DNA of 64,000 bases, taken from Selaginella moellendorffii (taxonomy: Eukaryota > Plantae > Lycopodiophyta). Of this stretch, positions 60,442 to 64,000 are shown in pieces. The stretch lies in the NCBI RefSeq assembly GCF_000143415.4, contig NW_003314266.1, positions 766,463 to 830,462 on the forward strand. Reading direction: 5' to 3'. Made by a program: the position numbers and the translations under genes. The first letter of the stretch is position 1. Each line of letters opens with the position of its first letter. The notes under the pieces were generated by a model. The model saw nothing but the letters and a program-made list of their open reading frames with translations, was not told the origin of the DNA and did no database searches.

Positions 60442-63400
60442 TCTATATAATATTCCGGCCCAGTTTCAAAAGAATCTTCACATTATCGACGAGATAAAAA
60501 TCCCGATTTGGGCAAATGCTATGGCTGCTTTTCCCAACCTTTCCAGCTTATCCAGCGCTCGCTTAGGCACCAAGAATGGCGTGCCATTCAGTGAGATTGA
60601 AGGAGATTTTGGCGAACGGCGGCCGAGAATGAGGCAGAGAAGGGCGATGGAGATAGGGCCAACAACAGTGTAATCACTGAGATGTGGTCTATACCAGCTA
60701 TCTCATACGTATGTACGAGTTTTCACTTGAAGTAATACAGGTAGATATCTACTTTTTTCACTTTGCAGAAGATATCTGAAGACATACTATGTTTCATGAA
60801 AAGCCTCATCACTGGTGCTGTTTGGCAATTCATCGAGATAAATCACCAGCAGTCAAATTGAGGAATGCTATACAAAAGTGATCACTCTATGTTTCCCTAG
60901 CCAAGACAACTTTTAGGCAATGAACCTGTACATTCAGGATTTCTTGCCTGGCAGAGGAGTGTACTGAGATATGCACACCTCTGCCGGAAGACCTCTCTCC
61001 CCTGGCAGGAGCGGGATCAAGTAACACTCCTGAGGGGGAGCCAGGGTCTGCAACGAGTGCCCTACTACCTTCGTGAAATGGAGCAGGTTGCGATCAAAAT
61101 GATGACCAAGAAGAATCATTGAAAGCCCTTGAGTGTGTGAACCTGGACTCACCAGCAGCAGGTTCACAGGTCGTGGAGCATGCCCAGGCTTTGGTGGAGG
61201 ACACAAACCCCAGGTAAATCTACCACCTTTTACAGCAAAGAAGTTTTCAGCCTTCAAGGCGATGAGGAGTTGCTAGTAGGAGGCCCATAGGTTGTGGAGC
61301 ATGCTCAACCCCTATTTGAGCACAAATGCTCGAGGATGTCATTTTTCCAGGCCCAGGCAAATCTGGTAACGTTTTCAGCGACGAGATTTCCAGTCTTGAG
61401 GGCGAGGACGAGAAAACAGTGGCAGCTACAGGTTGTGAGGAGCCTTTGGTAGCCATGCCACAGGAATCAGAGCAGCTGGGTGGTTATAAGACACAAGTTT
61501 CCCTTCAATTGGCAATTGCCCGCACAGCAGATATCAGTTTGAAGATTGTTGAGGATGATTGCTGAGGATGGCAATGAAGAAGACGTGGTTTAGGTAGTGG
61601 ACTTTTAGCAGGCTCAAGTTCTTTCAGAAGTACGAGATAATTGCAAAACAGGTGAATTTGCCAGTTTTTGCAGTTGTCAATCCTTTGGATTGCACTGTAG
61701 CAATGAGATTTTGGAGTTTTCAGATTGTGTGATGCTTTTCAAGGAGTCAGAGGTATGCCTTTATAGACGAAGTAGCAGTTGATTCCCATTCAAGAGACAC
61801 TACCACCTGCACATCCCACACCAAGCTCAACACATTTCGACTTCCAGCATGAAGTTCTTTGTGATTCCTCCAGCTCCAAGGTGTTGCCATTTAGACACTC
61901 TTGATATTTCACCACCACCTCGAATTCCAAAACCTTTTTCTGCAGTGAAGGACATGACACACCCATGGTTTTTCTGGTCTCCTCCTCAATGCTGGTCATC
62001 CTCCTAAGAGTGTAAGTTCTTGACACTATTTCTACTACTTCTTGCATATCTTTTCTGAGTTTAGGACTATAGGGAAAATGAAGTAGACACTCAAAGCAGT
62101 AGAGAAGGAAAAGAGAAGAAAACAAATACTATAAGTGTAAGTAATTAAAAAAATGTCTTAAGGTTTTAAGTGTTAAAATATAGAGAGAAAATGGCTATAA
62201 CTTTTTTTAAATGGTTGGAGTTAAAACATTTTAGGTTTGAATAATACGACTTTACGAAAAAATTAAATTCAAAAGCTTATTTTTGCATGATATGTTGCAG
62301 TACTAGAAGAGCAAGGTGTCTAAGTCCCAAAATATTCCCCTCCCCTCTATATAAATGATCAACCAAGTAGTGTTCCACCCCATTCTTGTTTGTATAAATG
62401 ACTAGCAACAAATATATACCCATTCTCATTTGCACTTGAGCTTATAGTTAAAAGTGTAAGAAAGTGCATGTTGCCCTGTTGCTCCCAATTTGTAATTCTC
62501 CAGGTTTGCAGTGGCTCTCCATCTTCCTTTTGGATGTGATGAGAGAGGTGCGACCAGGAGCTCATCTTGCTCTAATATGTAGAATAGGGCAATATATATA
62601 TTTTAAAGAACATATACTCCCACTTAAAAATTATCACATAGAATTTGATTTGCTCCTTACAGTCTGATTGCTGAGCCATTGCCTATTAAGTTGATTGATC
62701 ATCGCCCCCCCCCCCCCCCGGGCCCAATATCATGGTAAGATGCCCAAGCTGAATCCAGTCTGAATTTAGGTTTAAAATTCTCTTCTCTTGGCAGCCAAAC
62801 TACACCAAGAGGAATTGTGTTATGAACAGAAAATTTCTCTCCACCTGGGCAGATCATGGCGTGTCATCATATCATTACAATCTGGAGGTAGGTCCTTTTT
62901 TCCAAGAATCAAACTGTGGTATGGTTGTGACCCATCAAATTATTTTCTGCGTTGTTTGAGTGAAGAGACCATGGGCAAGAAGAATAAGGGATTTATGCAA
63001 TCCTGATTCTTGGCTGAATCCAAGGGTACGTTGAGAATTTAGGGTTAGGGCTTTTGGATCCAACACCATTTCTCTTCTAATTAAAGCTTATAAGCTACAA
63101 CACATGTTGTTTAATGCATTCTTAAATATGGTCTATCTCTTATTTCTGGGATTCATGTCTTATATATGAGATGTTCTTGCGAAATAAAATAATGTGCTCT
63201 AGCAACTTTCTTTCGTCTTTATACTTTCGGACCTTTCCAATTTAGACAAGATTTGTATTAGTGATAAGTATAATTAAACCAAGCTCCTTCCAAGGTGCTT
63301 TTGTGGAGGGGTAGGCACACACATCCAGAAGCTACAGAGGCAGCTGGCACTAGTACGGGCCGAGAATGCAACGCTCAATGAGAGGGTGGCCTAATTGGAG

Positions 63401-64000
63401 TACAAATGTGCTTGTGCTGTTGAGGCACATGAGGCACTTGGCTTCCAGGTCAAGTCACTTGTGACTTGGATCCTGGTGAACATCCACAATTAGCGTGATC
63501 TTCAAGCAGGCAATAGGATCTTGATGAGCACTATCAACCAGCATGCATAACAAGAAACCAACATGCTGCTTGTCTCCAACATGAGATTATGCACATTATG
63601 CCATCAGCTTGAAATACACCACTTTCTTTCTGAGTGACCTGGCTAGGAAGCATGCCCATTCTTGATTGGCCATCCAAATATCAACATGATGTTTCCCCAA
63701 CCATAGATACCAAGCCTCCCCAAGCTTGCGATTGGACGACTGAAGACCTCTTCTCGTTATTGCTTTATATATATAAATGTTTGAATCAACATTCATATGT
63801 TTGAAATGTATAAATATTAAGGTTATATTGAGTTGAGACGGCATTGACAGATAGTGGCAAATAGGTGGCACATGACAAGTTCTGTAATCTTTTGAACATG
63901 ATTACCATAGATATCTGAATAATCATGCTATGTTGAAAAGCCTCATCGTCAAATTCATTTTTGGTGTTATTTGGCAATATCATGCAATGGTGTATAAGTA

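Noticed and set aside
60900-63800. Short ORFs and a coiled-coil-like frame near 63330-63590
   Set aside because: Interrupted by stops with no recognisable domain; left unannotated.

Overview
Eukaryotic plant genomic DNA, most likely a Selaginella-type lycophyte (inferred from very short ~45-110 nt GT-AG introns, PLS-class PPR fragments and a chromodomain Ty3/gypsy element). Bases 1-29 kb are a stack of nested LTR retrotransposons: a Trp-primed gypsy element, two recently mobile non-coding LARD-like elements, a chromovirus pol, a TRIM, a 5S-rRNA-bearing Cassandra-like LTR, solo LTRs and decayed gypsy copies. A 100-N gap follows. Bases 31-64 kb hold a truncated membrane-oxidoreductase-like gene ending in a near-perfect hairpin, an ICT1/ArfB-type peptidyl-tRNA hydrolase, and a tandem array of class I kaurene-synthase-like diterpene synthases (two apparently intact, one pseudogene). 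These are interspersed with a full Cassandra-like TRIM, a long-TIR element, PPR and laccase pseudogene fragments and a decayed Helitron. The most unexpected signal is a ~500-nt non-coding block just upstream of the PPT. It is shared by the chromovirus and one LARD and shows compensatory base changes, a UUCG hairpin, a T-loop-like motif and a covarying pseudoknot, consistent with a large structured RNA. All coordinates and alignments were made by eye.
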